A DNA stretch of 49,299 bases, from contig DAOTZZ010000053.1 in assembly GCA_034433965.1 (NCBI GenBank), positions 1 to 49,299 on the forward strand, in the 5' to 3' direction. The stretch's first letter is position 1. Each line of letters opens with the position of its first letter. The stretch is from Anaerolineae bacterium. Lineage in GTDB: Bacteria > Chloroflexota > Anaerolineae > Aggregatilineales > Aggregatilineaceae. Positions 26,874 through 35,304 of the stretch are shown here, piece by piece. The notes under the pieces are model-generated. The model was not told where the DNA came from. It saw only the letters and a program-made list of their open reading frames with translations, and did not search any database. A program made the translations under genes and the position numbers.

Positions 26874-26902
26874 TTGCCTGCAGACGACAAACCTTGTACT
26901 AT
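26874..26902 (+). promoter_or_regulatory. candidate sigma-70-type promoter (TTGCCT-17-TACTAT)
   Basis: The -35 at 26874-26879 and the -10 at 26897-26902 have exact 17-nt spacing, in the least GC-rich part of a 686-nt intergenic region. It would give a ~460-nt leader for 27373..29631. Confidence 0.3.
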
Positions 26903-27372
26903 AAGAGCATAATGTGTGCATCATAGCACATTGACGATTTCTGCGAGCACGGATGACGCACTCTGTGGCAGGGGAGGTGTGTCTTGCCGTCTCGCGGCTT
27001 AGAATGCCTGGTGGGGTCAGGGGGATAACCATATAGACGGTCTCCTTTAAAGCGGCCCAGAGGTGTTCTCTTTGAGCGCCTTCTTGTGCGATTGCCCCCT
27101 TGTAGCCTGGTCGCATCCCACAGGGCGTCTTCTGAACACTATGCGGGTGGTCTCTCTCTGCGTAGGGGAGGGGTGTTTTGACAGATCGAAGTCTGTCGTG
27201 ACGCTCGACACTCCAGAGTGTTGAGATAACGGGGTGTTTCATGTATGAGGGGGAAGAGAGCGCTCCATCGCACAGTCCGCTGACAAGGTTCCAACATTCA
27301 CCACGTTCGCGCCGCGTGGGCAAAGGCCACTGTCATCAGCCGGGGCGTGACAGGCTGGCAAGGAGTTATCTT

Positions 27373-29631
27373 ATGAAACGCATATCTCTTCTTGTAGCGA
27401 TCGTTATTGTGCTGGTTATGGTCGTTCCTGCGCCACAAGCAAGCCGGGCGCAGGTGGGCTACGAACAACTCGTGCGTCGGGCGCTGTCCGAACTGGACAC
27501 CAACTGCGCCAACCTGGAAGCGAACAGCGCCTGCTACGGCTTCGCCGAGGTGAGCGCCACGTTTTCGCAGGCGGTGCCTGGCGCAGCCCTGGACGAACCC
27601 GGTGACCGCGCTCCTCTGACAGGTTTGCTCAGCCTGCGCACCTCGCCGATCAACCTGACTACTGGCACCTGGGGCGTGGCCGTGATGAACGTACAGGCCA
27701 ACGTCCCCGCGGGCCTCACGGGCGAGTCGGCGGTCTTCCTGTTGCTGGGCGACGTGGAAGTGACCAATGCCGTAACCCCAGAGCAGGCGCTGGTGCCGCT
27801 GACGGTAGTCCCTGTGACGCTTACCAGAGTGACCAACGTCCTGCGTACGCCGGGCGCGAGCGGCCAGGTGTTGGGTAGCCTGTCCGCGGGCACGGTCCTG
27901 CAGGCCGACGGCATCAGCCCAGATGGAGTCTGGCTGCGCGTCATGTTCGACCGGCAGGTGGCCTGGGTGCCGCGTGCGAGCGTCAACAGCGACGCGCCGG
28001 TGGGCGGGTTGCCGGTGATCACGCGCGATAGCCTGACGCCTATGCAGGCATTCACCTTCCGCACGGGCGGGGGTATGCCGCCTTCCTTGGTGGTGCCGCC
28101 GGATGTGCTGGTGGTGCAGAGTCCGCGCGGCGTGCCGGTGGACATCGTCGCCAACGAGGTGCCTATCCGCGTAGATGGTGTGGTCTTTCTGCGCACCCTG
28201 CCCGATGGGCGCTTCCAGCTTCTGGCCAGCGACGGCGAAGCCTGGGCCTATCCGGACGCGCCCAATCGGGTGCGCGTGCAGGCGGGCACCGCGGTGATCC
28301 TGGGCGGCGGCACCTGGACGGGGTGGCGCACGCTCGAACAGCCAGAATGGGACGCCTTTGGCTCGCTGGAGCTGATCACCAATGTGGTGGTGTATCAGTT
28401 GGTGCTCCCCAATGTGATCAAGCCCTCCGGCATCGGCGTGCCGCCGGTGATCATCGAAATCCCTGGCGGGACGATCATCCCCATCCCGCCGCGTCCGCCG
28501 GTCTTCCCGGTGGTGCCGGTGACCTTCGGCGAGCCGGGCACCGAACTGGAGCGCCTGGCCTGGGAACCGATCGAGATTGGGTGTGGCGTGTGCCGCCCGC
28601 AGGACGCCTTCTATCATAGCGACAGCGACGGCGACTGGGACATCTATCGCCTGGCCGAGGACGGCCTTAACACCCTGGTCAACAATGTCACGCGGGGCAA
28701 CGGCAGCCAGGACGTGCAGCCGTCCTACTCCGCCGATGGCGAGTGGGTGGCCTTCACCACCAATCGCGACATCCTGGGCGGCTGGGAAATCTACCTGGCC
28801 CGCGTGGATGGCTCGCAGCAGGTCCGCCTGACCTACAACACCGCCAACGACGTGAACCCTGTCTGGGGGCCGGCGAACCTGATCGCCTGGGAGAGCAACC
28901 GCGACGGCAACTGGGAACTGTACATGGCTGACGTGTCCGGCGATGGCCTGCCCGTCCGCCTGACCGACGACGCGGCCAACGACATCAACCCGTTCTGGTT
29001 CCCGGATGGCGGCTGTGGTCAGCCGGAGGGCGCGCGCCTGGTCTTCCAGAGCGACCGCGACGGCGACTGGGAAATCTTCCTGCTGGATGTGATCTCCGGC
29101 GAACTGACCCAACTGACCGACAACGACACCGAAGACATCGTGCCGGTGCTCACGCGCGATGGCAGCACGCTGGCCTGGCTGCAACGCAATGACTTCGGCG
29201 TCTACGATCTGTGGGTGATGGATATGGGGACGCTGCAGGCGCGCCGTCTGGTAGACCTGGGCGTAGATGTGGCCGGGCACACTTTCGCGCCGGATGGGGC
29301 CTCGCTGGCCTTCTTCGCCAACGTGGACGGCGACGCGGATGTCTTCCTGGCCGACGTGGCGACTGGTCAGGTGAGACCTCTGACCACCAACACCTTCGAG
29401 GATCGCGCGCCGGGCTTCACCTGCGACGGGACGGCGGTGGTCTTCCACAGCGACGCTGCGGCCAGCGAAGAAAACCCCGGTCAGCGCGACCTGTTCTCGG
29501 TGCGGCTGGGCACGGTGCCCGGACCGGCTGTCCGCCTGACGCAGGATGTCCAGGCCGACGACCTGTACCCGATCGCCGACCCGCACGAGGAGATCAACAG
29601 CAAGGAAGGGCGGATGCCACCGCATCCCTAG
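27373..29631 (+). CDS. secreted protein with SH3b-like domain and C-terminal TolB-type (PD40) beta-propeller repeats
   Basis: ATG 27373 preceded by AGGAG. Signal peptide MKRISLLVAIVIVLVMVVPAPQASRA. Repeated units of the form DG.W.AF.S.RDG.WE.Y/L (for example NRDGNWELYMADV and DRDGDWEIFLLDV). Confidence 0.8.
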   Translation: MKRISLLVAIVIVLVMVVPAPQASRAQVGYEQLVRRALSELDTNCANLEANSACYGFAEVSATFSQAVPGAALDEPGDRAPLTGLLSLRTSPINLTTGTWGVAVMNVQANVPAGLTGESAVFLLLGDVEVTNAVTPEQALVPLTVVPVTLTRVTNVLRTPGASGQVLGSLSAGTVLQADGISPDGVWLRVMFDRQVAWVPRASVNSDAPVGGLPVITRDSLTPMQAFTFRTGGGMPPSLVVPPDVLVVQSPRGVPVDIVANEVPIRVDGVVFLRTLPDGRFQLLASDGEAWAYPDAPNRVRVQAGTAVILGGGTWTGWRTLEQPEWDAFGSLELITNVVVYQLVLPNVIKPSGIGVPPVIIEIPGGTIIPIPPRPPVFPVVPVTFGEPGTELERLAWEPIEIGCGVCRPQDAFYHSDSDGDWDIYRLAEDGLNTLVNNVTRGNGSQDVQPSYSADGEWVAFTTNRDILGGWEIYLARVDGSQQVRLTYNTANDVNPVWGPANLIAWESNRDGNWELYMADVSGDGLPVRLTDDAANDINPFWFPDGGCGQPEGARLVFQSDRDGDWEIFLLDVISGELTQLTDNDTEDIVPVLTRDGSTLAWLQRNDFGVYDLWVMDMGTLQARRLVDLGVDVAGHTFAPDGASLAFFANVDGDADVFLADVATGQVRPLTTNTFEDRAPGFTCDGTAVVFHSDAAASEENPGQRDLFSVRLGTVPGPAVRLTQDVQADDLYPIADPHEEINSKEGRMPPHP

Positions 29632-29653
29632 GTGAGCAGCTCTGAGAACGGCA

Positions 29654-29688
29654 CAGGGGCTTCCGAAATGGAGGCCCCTGTTTTGATT
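29654..29688 (+). terminator. intrinsic terminator after the TolB-like gene
   Basis: CAGGGGCTTCC-GAAAT-GGAGGCCCCTG is followed by TTTTGATT. It starts 23 nt after the stop. Confidence 0.75.
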
Positions 29689-29717
29689 CTGAGGTTCGTT
29701 GTCGGTTGTGGAGAGAG

Positions 29718-30028
29718 TGGGCCCGGCAGGATTCGAACCTGCGACCGACCGGTTATGCTTCCCAGCTACAGCTTTCGCTGCCCCTTTCGGGTTTGTGGGC
29801 TGGACTGTCTCTTCACCCCTCGTCTGAGGGGGCCTGCCGTACAGTCTCTACACCTTCCCCAGGTCATGGGGCTTGGCTCGGGATTACCATGTCTGCCGAC
29901 GAAGGCTTCCCCGAATTTGACAGGTTTTCCCCTGGAAATTACTCTCCAGAGCGCCCATCCTGCAACAAATCCTATCGAGAGAACCTGTTGCTTTGAGCCG
30001 GCTGCTCTAACCGCTGAGCTACGGGCCC
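29718..30028 (-). tRNA. tRNA with anticodon CAU (elongator type; acceptor stem resembles tRNA-Ile2/lysidine) interrupted by a group I intron
   Basis: Exon 1, 30028-29996: GGGCCCGTAGCTCAGCGGTTAGAGCAGCCGGCT. Exon 2, 29757-29718: CATAACCGGTCGGTCGCAGGTTCGAATCCTGCCGGGCCCA. Joined they form a 73-nt cloverleaf with a 7-bp acceptor, GCTC/GAGC D-arm, GCCGG/CCGGT anticodon stem, loop CTCATAA, 5-nt variable loop and GCAGG-TTCGAAT-CCTGC T-arm. No CCA is encoded. Confidence 0.85.
29758..29995 (-). ncRNA. group I intron (IC3-like bacterial tRNA intron), 238 nt, no ORF
   Basis: The intron follows U33 and ends in G. Core strings: CCTGTCAAATTCGGGGAAGCC, CCCGAGCCAAGCC, GAAGGTGTAGAGACTGTACGGCAGG, CCCCTCAGACGAGGGG, AAGAGACAGTCCAG, CCCGAAAGGG, CAGCGAAAGCTG. 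These match remembered Azoarcus tRNA-Ile and cyanobacterial tRNA-Leu introns. Pairings are consistent: P3 CCTG/CAGG, P4 TTCGGGG/TCCCGAG, P7 GACTGT/ACAGTC. Confidence 0.8.
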
Positions 30029-30068
30029 TGAACAGAGCGCCCAGCCGATCGCCGGGCGCTGCTGTGAG

Positions 30069-30139
30069 AGCGGGCAACGGGACTCGAACCCGTGACGACA
30101 GCTTGGAAGGCTGTAGTGTTACCGCTACACCATGCCCGC
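30069..30139 (-). tRNA. tRNA-Gly (anticodon UCC)
   Basis: Minus strand: GCGGGCATGGTGTAGCGGTAACACTACAGCCTTCCAAGCTGTCGTCACGGGTTCGAGTCCCGTTGCCCGCT. This is a 71-nt cloverleaf with anticodon loop CTTCCAA, close to E. coli tRNA-Gly(UCC) as remembered. Confidence 0.9.
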
Positions 30140-30158
30140 ATAGTGCTCGCTGACCATT

Positions 30159-30187
30159 ATCTTACCGGAAGGGCGGCGGTAGTGCAA
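30159..30187 (-). promoter_or_regulatory. candidate promoter of the tRNA-Gly/tRNA(CAU) operon (TTGCAC-17-TAAGAT)
   Basis: On the minus strand the -35 TTGCAC lies at 30187-30182 and the -10 TAAGAT at 30164-30159. The -10 ends 19 nt upstream of the tRNA-Gly 5' end. Confidence 0.5.
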
Positions 30188-30228
30188 GAGTCTGCTGTCT
30201 GCTCGACGCAAGGGTGCGTTCGGATTTG

Positions 30229-30429
30229 GGGGCAATGCTGAGGTCCGGACGTAAATGGTTGACCGGGACTGTGAAAGCCTCACCGATAGCCCCTCACCCT
30301 AAGTCCCTCTCCCTCAAGGTGAGAGGGATTTGTTCCCCTCTCCCCGCGACGCAGTTGCGTCGCAGTGGGAGAGGGGGCAGGGGGTGAGGGGCAGCCTTAG
30401 ATTTACGTCCGGGTCTCAGGGGCAATGCT
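30229..30429. mobile_element. MITE-like element: 179-bp body with terminal inverted repeats, flanked by an 11-bp perfect direct repeat
   Basis: The direct repeat GGGGCAATGCT occurs at 30229-30239 and 30419-30429. The body spans 30240-30418. Its ends are GAGGTCCGGACGTAAAT and ATTTACGTCCGGGTCTCA, giving 12 perfect bp of TIR (CCGGACGTAAAT). The interior carries CCCTCACCC / CTCTCCC palindromic modules. Confidence 0.65.
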
Positions 30430-30680
30430 CTTGCACCGCAGAAACGCCGAGAGCGCAGAGGAGAGGGACGAGAGAGCTCTGAGCTTTCTGCGAACTCCGT
30501 GGTAAGCCTGCCACCAAGTCCGAAATGTACCCGCCTGGCCATAGACACGCCCCTGTCTGAAGCAAGTTCACCGCGGAGATGCCGGGGCCGCAGGGGGAAA
30601 CGACACGGGGTCTCCGCGCTCTTCGCCTCTCCGCGGTTCGGTCTTTGCCTGTCAGATGCGCCCCGCGCCGTCCGCTGCCC

Positions 30681-31271
30681 TCACGAGAGCGCCAGGATGG
30701 TGATCACCAGGACGGCGAAGGGAAAGGACGAGGCGAACACCGCCGCGTACCAGCGGCTATCGTAGCGCAGGTGCATGAAGTAGAGCGCCACAAGCAATAC
30801 TTTGCTGGTCGAGAGCGCCACCAGCGGCCCGGTGACCGGGAAAGGCAGGTCGAATACGGTCAGCAGCACCTCAATGACTGTGATTACGGCCAGCGCGATC
30901 GCCACGCTCACATAGGTCAGGCGGTGCGAGTGCCCGTGCGCGCGCGCCCGCGGCCAGAAGTTGGCTCGCAGCGCAACCAGCAGCCCTGGCGTCGCGCGTT
31001 TGGCGCGGGCGGCGACCTGTAGTTCGTCCAGGGTGACGGCGTCAGCGCGCCACCGCGGGTGCACCAGCGGACGATCGGGCAGCAGGCGCAGCACCAGCCA
31101 CAAGGGGATCAGCGCGATCAGGCTGCCGATGCTCCCCAGGACAAGGCCCGCCAGCGTCGCCAGCCACTCGTTGATGCGTTTGCGCTCGGCGATCAGCGGC
31201 GTCAGCACGCCGCCCACGAACGACCCGGCGGCTGCCCACAGCGTCACCCACAACAGCGTGTCGGAATTCAT
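30681..31271 (-). CDS. cytochrome c oxidase subunit IV-like protein (COX4_pro-type C-terminus) with ~110-aa N-terminal membrane extension
   Basis: The C-terminal 80 aa (HSHRLTYVSVAIALAVITVIEVLLT...SKVLLVALYFMHLRYD) fit bacterial subunit IV. The gene is last in the cta operon. GGAG SD upstream of ATG 31271. Confidence 0.7.
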   Translation of the reverse strand: MNSDTLLWVTLWAAAGSFVGGVLTPLIAERKRINEWLATLAGLVLGSIGSLIALIPLWLVLRLLPDRPLVHPRWRADAVTLDELQVAARAKRATPGLLVALRANFWPRARAHGHSHRLTYVSVAIALAVITVIEVLLTVFDLPFPVTGPLVALSTSKVLLVALYFMHLRYDSRWYAAVFASSFPFAVLVITILALS

Positions 31272-31290
31272 AATTGCTCCGTCCCCCCGC

Positions 31291-32115
31291 TCACTCGATC
31301 AGATAGATGATCGTGAACAGCACGATCCACACCACGTCCACGAAGTGCCAGTACAGCCCGAACAGCTCGACCCCCATGTTGTCGTTGGCCGAGTAGTGTC
31401 CGCGCCGGGCGCGCAGCAACAGAATGACCAGCCAGCCGACGCCGATCAACACGTGCAGCCCGTGAAAGCCGGTGGTGGCGAAGAAGGCCGTGCCGAAGAT
31501 ATTGCTGGCCTTGATGCCCTCGTGCATCAGTTCGTACCATTCGAACGCCTGAATGCCCAGGAACATCGCCCCGAAGAAGATCGTCAGCCCCATCCAGTTG
31601 AAGAACACCCGCCGGTCGTCCGACTGAATGGCTTCCAGGCCCATCACCACGGCGAAGCTGCTGACGATGAGCACCGAGGTGCCCAGCGTCGCCAGGGGCA
31701 GGCTGAGCACTTCGTGCGCCGCGCGGAACACTTCCGGATGGTCTACCTTGAAGCGGAGGAAGGTGCCGATCAGCGACCCGAAGAACAGCACTTCCGACGC
31801 CAGGAAGGCCCACATCGCCAGCTTGCGGTGATCCAGCTCGGCGAAGAAACGCCCGTGCAGATCGATCTCCGGAAAGCTGGCCATGCGCAGCAGCCCGAAG
31901 AGGGTGACAGGTACTCCCAGCACCAGCAGCGGCGGCGCGATCAGCCCGATGACCGCCAGCGTGGCTCCAACGCCCACGATGAAGGGGGCCAGGCTGGGCG
32001 GCGGCAGGTGCACCTCTTCGGGTTCGGCGGGGCCCGCCGGAGCGACTTCCGGGCAGGGCACCGCCTCGATCATTTCTTCGGCATCGCGCGGAGCGAGCAG
32101 TTGCGCGTCAGACAT
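31291..32115 (-). CDS. ctaE: cytochrome c oxidase subunit III
   Basis: Typical C-terminus: ELFGLYWHFVDVVWIVLFTIIYL. Multiple TM helices. Position directly after subunit I. Confidence 0.9.
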   Translation of the reverse strand: MSDAQLLAPRDAEEMIEAVPCPEVAPAGPAEPEEVHLPPPSLAPFIVGVGATLAVIGLIAPPLLVLGVPVTLFGLLRMASFPEIDLHGRFFAELDHRKLAMWAFLASEVLFFGSLIGTFLRFKVDHPEVFRAAHEVLSLPLATLGTSVLIVSSFAVVMGLEAIQSDDRRVFFNWMGLTIFFGAMFLGIQAFEWYELMHEGIKASNIFGTAFFATTGFHGLHVLIGVGWLVILLLRARRGHYSANDNMGVELFGLYWHFVDVVWIVLFTIIYLIE

Positions 32116-32118
32116 GCG

Positions 32119-33753
32119 TTATTCCCCCTCTGGAGTCAGGCCCAGGCGCAGATCGCGGGCCGGACGACGGCTGTACACCACCGGTATCCGCGCGAAGTTG
32201 TACTCTGGCGGCGGTGAGGTCGTCGTCCATTCCAGCGTGTCGCCTTCCCAGGGATCGTTCCCCGCCGGTTGATGATGGCGGGCGCTGCGAATCATATTGT
32301 AGACCAGGATCAGCACCGAGATGCCCATGATGATCCCGCCCACCGTCGAAAGCTGATTGAGCGTCGTCCAGCCGCGATCTTCCGGGTAGTCGTAGACGCG
32401 GCGCGGCATGCCCATCAACCCCAGGATGTGCATGGGGAAGTAGGTGATGTGGAAGCCAATATACAGCGTCCAGAACTGCAGCTTGCCCAGCCGCTCGTTC
32501 AGCCGATAGCCGAACATCTTCGGCCACCAGTAATACAGTCCGGCGAAGATGCCAAAGCCGCCTCCGCCGAACACGGCATAGTGCAGGTGCGCCACCAGCC
32601 ACATCGAGTCCGCGACCACTTCGTCAATGGGCAGCACCGACTGCATGACGCCGGTGATGCCGCCAATGAGGAACGTCGTCAGGAAGCCGATGGCGTAGAG
32701 CATGGGCGTATCGAAGCGCAGCGAGCCGCCGATCATGGTGAAGACCCAGTTGAACATCTTCACACCGGTGGGGACGGCAATGAGCATGGTAGTGAGCACG
32801 AAGAAGATTTCCAGCGCAGGCGGCAGTCCAATGGTGTACATGTGGTGCGCCCATGTCCAGAAACCCTGGAAGCCGATCAGGATCGTCGAGATGACCATGA
32901 CCTTATAGCCGAAGATCGGCTTGCGCGAGAAGACCGGGATCACCTCGGAAATGATGCCCATGGCCGGCAGAACGATGATGTAGACCGCCGGATGCGAGTA
33001 GAACCAGAACAGATGCTGCCATAGCACGGCATCCCCGCCCGCCGCCGGGTTGAAAAATTGCGTGCCCAGGTTGCGGTCGAGCAGCAGCAGCAAACCGTTG
33101 ACCGTCAGCACGGGCGTGGCCGCGACGATCATGAAGGCCATGACCAGCACGGTCCAGGGGAAGAGCGGCATCTTCATCAGCGTCATGCCTGGCGCGCGCA
33201 GCTTGAGAATGGTCACGATGAAGTTGAACGCGCCGATCAGTGATGACGTGCCCACCAACGCTACCGCGATCAGCCACAGGTCGGTGCCGAAGCCCGGTGA
33301 ATAGTCTTTGCCCGCCAGCGGCACGTACGATGTCCAGCCGTTGGCCGCCGCGCCCCCCTCCACCAGGAAGCCCCCATACATGGTCAGGCCGCCGAAGAGC
33401 AGCAACCAATAGCTGAGGGCGTTCAGGCGCGGGAAGGCCATGTCGCGCGCGCCGATCATCAGTGGCACGGCGTAGTTGGCCAGCCCGGCCAGCATGGGGA
33501 TGACGAACAGGAAGATCATCGTCGAGCCGTGGATGGAGAAAATCTGGTTGTATTCCTGCGCCGAGACGACCTGCCCGCCGGGCAGCGCCAGCTCTGCACG
33601 CAGAATCTGCGCCAGAAAGACGCCGATCACAAAGAAGGTGAAGGTCGTCAGCACGTACATGATGCCGATCTTCTTGTGATCGACAGTGGTCAGCCAAGCC
33701 AGCAGACCGCGCGGCTGGTGCGCTACGGGATAGGGGGATGCAATCGTGGCCAT
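32119..33753 (-). CDS. ctaD: cytochrome c oxidase subunit I (haem-copper oxidase, A-type)
   Basis: Highly conserved strings: [48 protein letters not shown]. Start set at ATG 33753 (GGGAGA SD) rather than GTG 33771. Confidence 0.93.
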   Translation of the reverse strand: MATIASPYPVAHQPRGLLAWLTTVDHKKIGIMYVLTTFTFFVIGVFLAQILRAELALPGGQVVSAQEYNQIFSIHGSTMIFLFVIPMLAGLANYAVPLMIGARDMAFPRLNALSYWLLLFGGLTMYGGFLVEGGAAANGWTSYVPLAGKDYSPGFGTDLWLIAVALVGTSSLIGAFNFIVTILKLRAPGMTLMKMPLFPWTVLVMAFMIVAATPVLTVNGLLLLLDRNLGTQFFNPAAGGDAVLWQHLFWFYSHPAVYIIVLPAMGIISEVIPVFSRKPIFGYKVMVISTILIGFQGFWTWAHHMYTIGLPPALEIFFVLTTMLIAVPTGVKMFNWVFTMIGGSLRFDTPMLYAIGFLTTFLIGGITGVMQSVLPIDEVVADSMWLVAHLHYAVFGGGGFGIFAGLYYWWPKMFGYRLNERLGKLQFWTLYIGFHITYFPMHILGLMGMPRRVYDYPEDRGWTTLNQLSTVGGIIMGISVLILVYNMIRSARHHQPAGNDPWEGDTLEWTTTSPPPEYNFARIPVVYSRRPARDLRLGLTPEGE

Positions 33754-33789
33754 TGTCAATTTCTCTCCCACTCAAACGGACTCGCGCGC

Positions 33790-34854
33790 TTAATGCGACA
33801 GCAGGTAGGCGATGATGTCGGCCAGGCCCTGCGCGTTCAGTTTCTCGCCGTAGTCGGCGGGCATGATCTGACAGTTGAAGCCTTCGGCCTGCACGGCGCA
33901 CGGCACCAGGATCGATTCGCGCAGGTAGCTTTCGGGTGTGTAGCCGTCCGCGGCGCGGGCATCGCGGGCCATGGCAGCCAGCGACGGGCCAACGCCAGGC
34001 TGTTCGCCATGACAACTGACGCAGCCCAGTTCGGCGAAGTGCTGCTCACCGCGCGCCACATCGCCCGCGGGTAGCGGCGAAGTCAGGTCGGTCCCAATGG
34101 GCACAAAACGCCCCAAAGACGCCATTTGTTCGGCCAACCAGGCATCGAATGCCGCTGGTTCCAGCACCTCTACGTCTATGAGCATGTCGTAGTGCAGCGT
34201 ACCGCAGTATTCGGCGCAGTTGCCGGTATAAAGACCCGTCTTGGGCACGTTGAGCCACATGGTGTTGGTGTAGCCGGGAATGGCGTCCACTTTGCCCGCC
34301 AGATCGGGCACCCAAAAACTGTGCTGTACATCGGTGGAGGTGATTTCCAGCAGCACGTTGCGGTTGGCAGGGATGGTCAGCTTGCGTGTGGTGATCACCC
34401 CCGTCTCTTCACCCGCGCCCAGGAAATATTCGTAGTCCCAGTTGAACATGTAACCGGTCACGTGCACGGTCAGGTCGGGGGTGGTATCCCCGTTGTCGGC
34501 CTGAACCTGATAGCGAGTGGTCATAAAGCGAGCAGTCAGGATGAAGATGACGGCGATGATCAGCAGCGACAACACCGTCCAGGTGATCTCCAGGGGACGG
34601 TGTCCCTCGATCTGCTCTGGCATCTCATCGTGTCGCCGACGACGGTAACGAATGATGGCATAGAGGATCAATCCCTCTACCAACAGGAAGATGGGCACAG
34701 AAATCCAGAACAAGACGTTGAACAGGTCGTTGATGTCGGTGCGGGACGCGCCGCCGGAGACCGGGCCGTGCGCCCAGACCCTGGCAGGGAGCGCCAGCAA
34801 CATCAGCGCCAGGGCTGCCAGCCCCGGAACATAAGTGAAGACGGATCGTTTCAT
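33790..34854 (-). CDS. ctaC: cytochrome c oxidase subunit II with fused C-terminal cytochrome c domain (caa3 type)
   Basis: CuA motif HSFWVP...CAEYCGTLHYDM. C-terminal haem motif CVSCHG. Signal/TM helices at the N-terminus. Confidence 0.92.
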   Translation of the reverse strand: MKRSVFTYVPGLAALALMLLALPARVWAHGPVSGGASRTDINDLFNVLFWISVPIFLLVEGLILYAIIRYRRRRHDEMPEQIEGHRPLEITWTVLSLLIIAVIFILTARFMTTRYQVQADNGDTTPDLTVHVTGYMFNWDYEYFLGAGEETGVITTRKLTIPANRNVLLEITSTDVQHSFWVPDLAGKVDAIPGYTNTMWLNVPKTGLYTGNCAEYCGTLHYDMLIDVEVLEPAAFDAWLAEQMASLGRFVPIGTDLTSPLPAGDVARGEQHFAELGCVSCHGEQPGVGPSLAAMARDARAADGYTPESYLRESILVPCAVQAEGFNCQIMPADYGEKLNAQGLADIIAYLLSH

Positions 34855-35304
34855 GCGTGTTCTTCCCGCTTTTGCCTGCTATCTCTTGTGGGTGAGGGTG
34901 AACGCCCGCCGCAGGGCTGCTCTGCTGCTCGTCACCGGGGTGGCACGTACAGGGGGATGGGTGACGTTCTTCACACGCTTTGGCCACAGAGGACCCTCGC
35001 CCACAGATTATAACCGATTAGTGTCATAAAAAACAGCCTTTATTGAAAAATTTATCACGAAATCGGCGGAATGCCATTCTGGGGTCGGGGGTATTCTGGT
35101 CCTGGGGCAATGGTTTTGAACCGCAGAGCGCAAAGAAAGGCTCAGCGCATTTTCTGCCCTCATCCTTTGCTCTACCTGCGCAGCGCCTGATGAAGCGTCT
35201 CTTCCACAAAATTGAACAATACCTTGATAAAATGAAACTTCTTGCGCGTTTCTGCGTAAAATGTTAATGTGCGAATTGATTTTTCTGATCAAGGACGAAG
35301 AGTT

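Noticed and set aside
27320-27345. Cobalamin riboswitch suggested by a GCCACTG (B12-box-like) string upstream of 27373
   Set aside because: The other conserved elements (GGGAA...GGTG.AA..CC and the distal AGCCAGGA-type pairing) are missing, and the downstream gene has no link to B12.
27298-29625. 775-aa ORF antisense to the TolB-propeller gene
   Set aside because: Its composition is Arg/His/Gly/Pro-rich and low-complexity, with no motifs. It mirrors a well-supported sense gene that has a signal peptide, an SD and repeat domains. This is the typical long antisense open frame of GC-rich DNA.
29718-30028. Alternative identities for the split tRNA: initiator tRNA-fMet, or tRNA-Leu(CAA) by a different splice junction
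   Set aside because: G1-C72 is paired, whereas bacterial initiators have a 1:72 mismatch. A junction giving anticodon CAA is incompatible with the short 5-nt variable loop and with the U(-1)/terminal-G rule. Junctions shifted by 1-2 nt give the same mature CAU sequence but violate that rule.
29632-30153. ORFs of 96-173 aa covering the tRNA region (29632..30153+, 29706..29996+, 29766..30077-)
   Set aside because: The region is fully explained by two tRNA genes and a group I intron. The ORFs have no SD and odd composition.
30229-30429. CRISPR array
   Set aside because: The repeats in the window are long palindromic mosaics at irregular, kilobase-scale spacing. They have no short uniform repeat-spacer periodicity, and no cas genes are present.
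33754-33771. GTG start for ctaD at 33771
   Set aside because: There is no SD upstream of the GTG. The ATG at 33753 is preceded by GGGAGA at suitable spacing.
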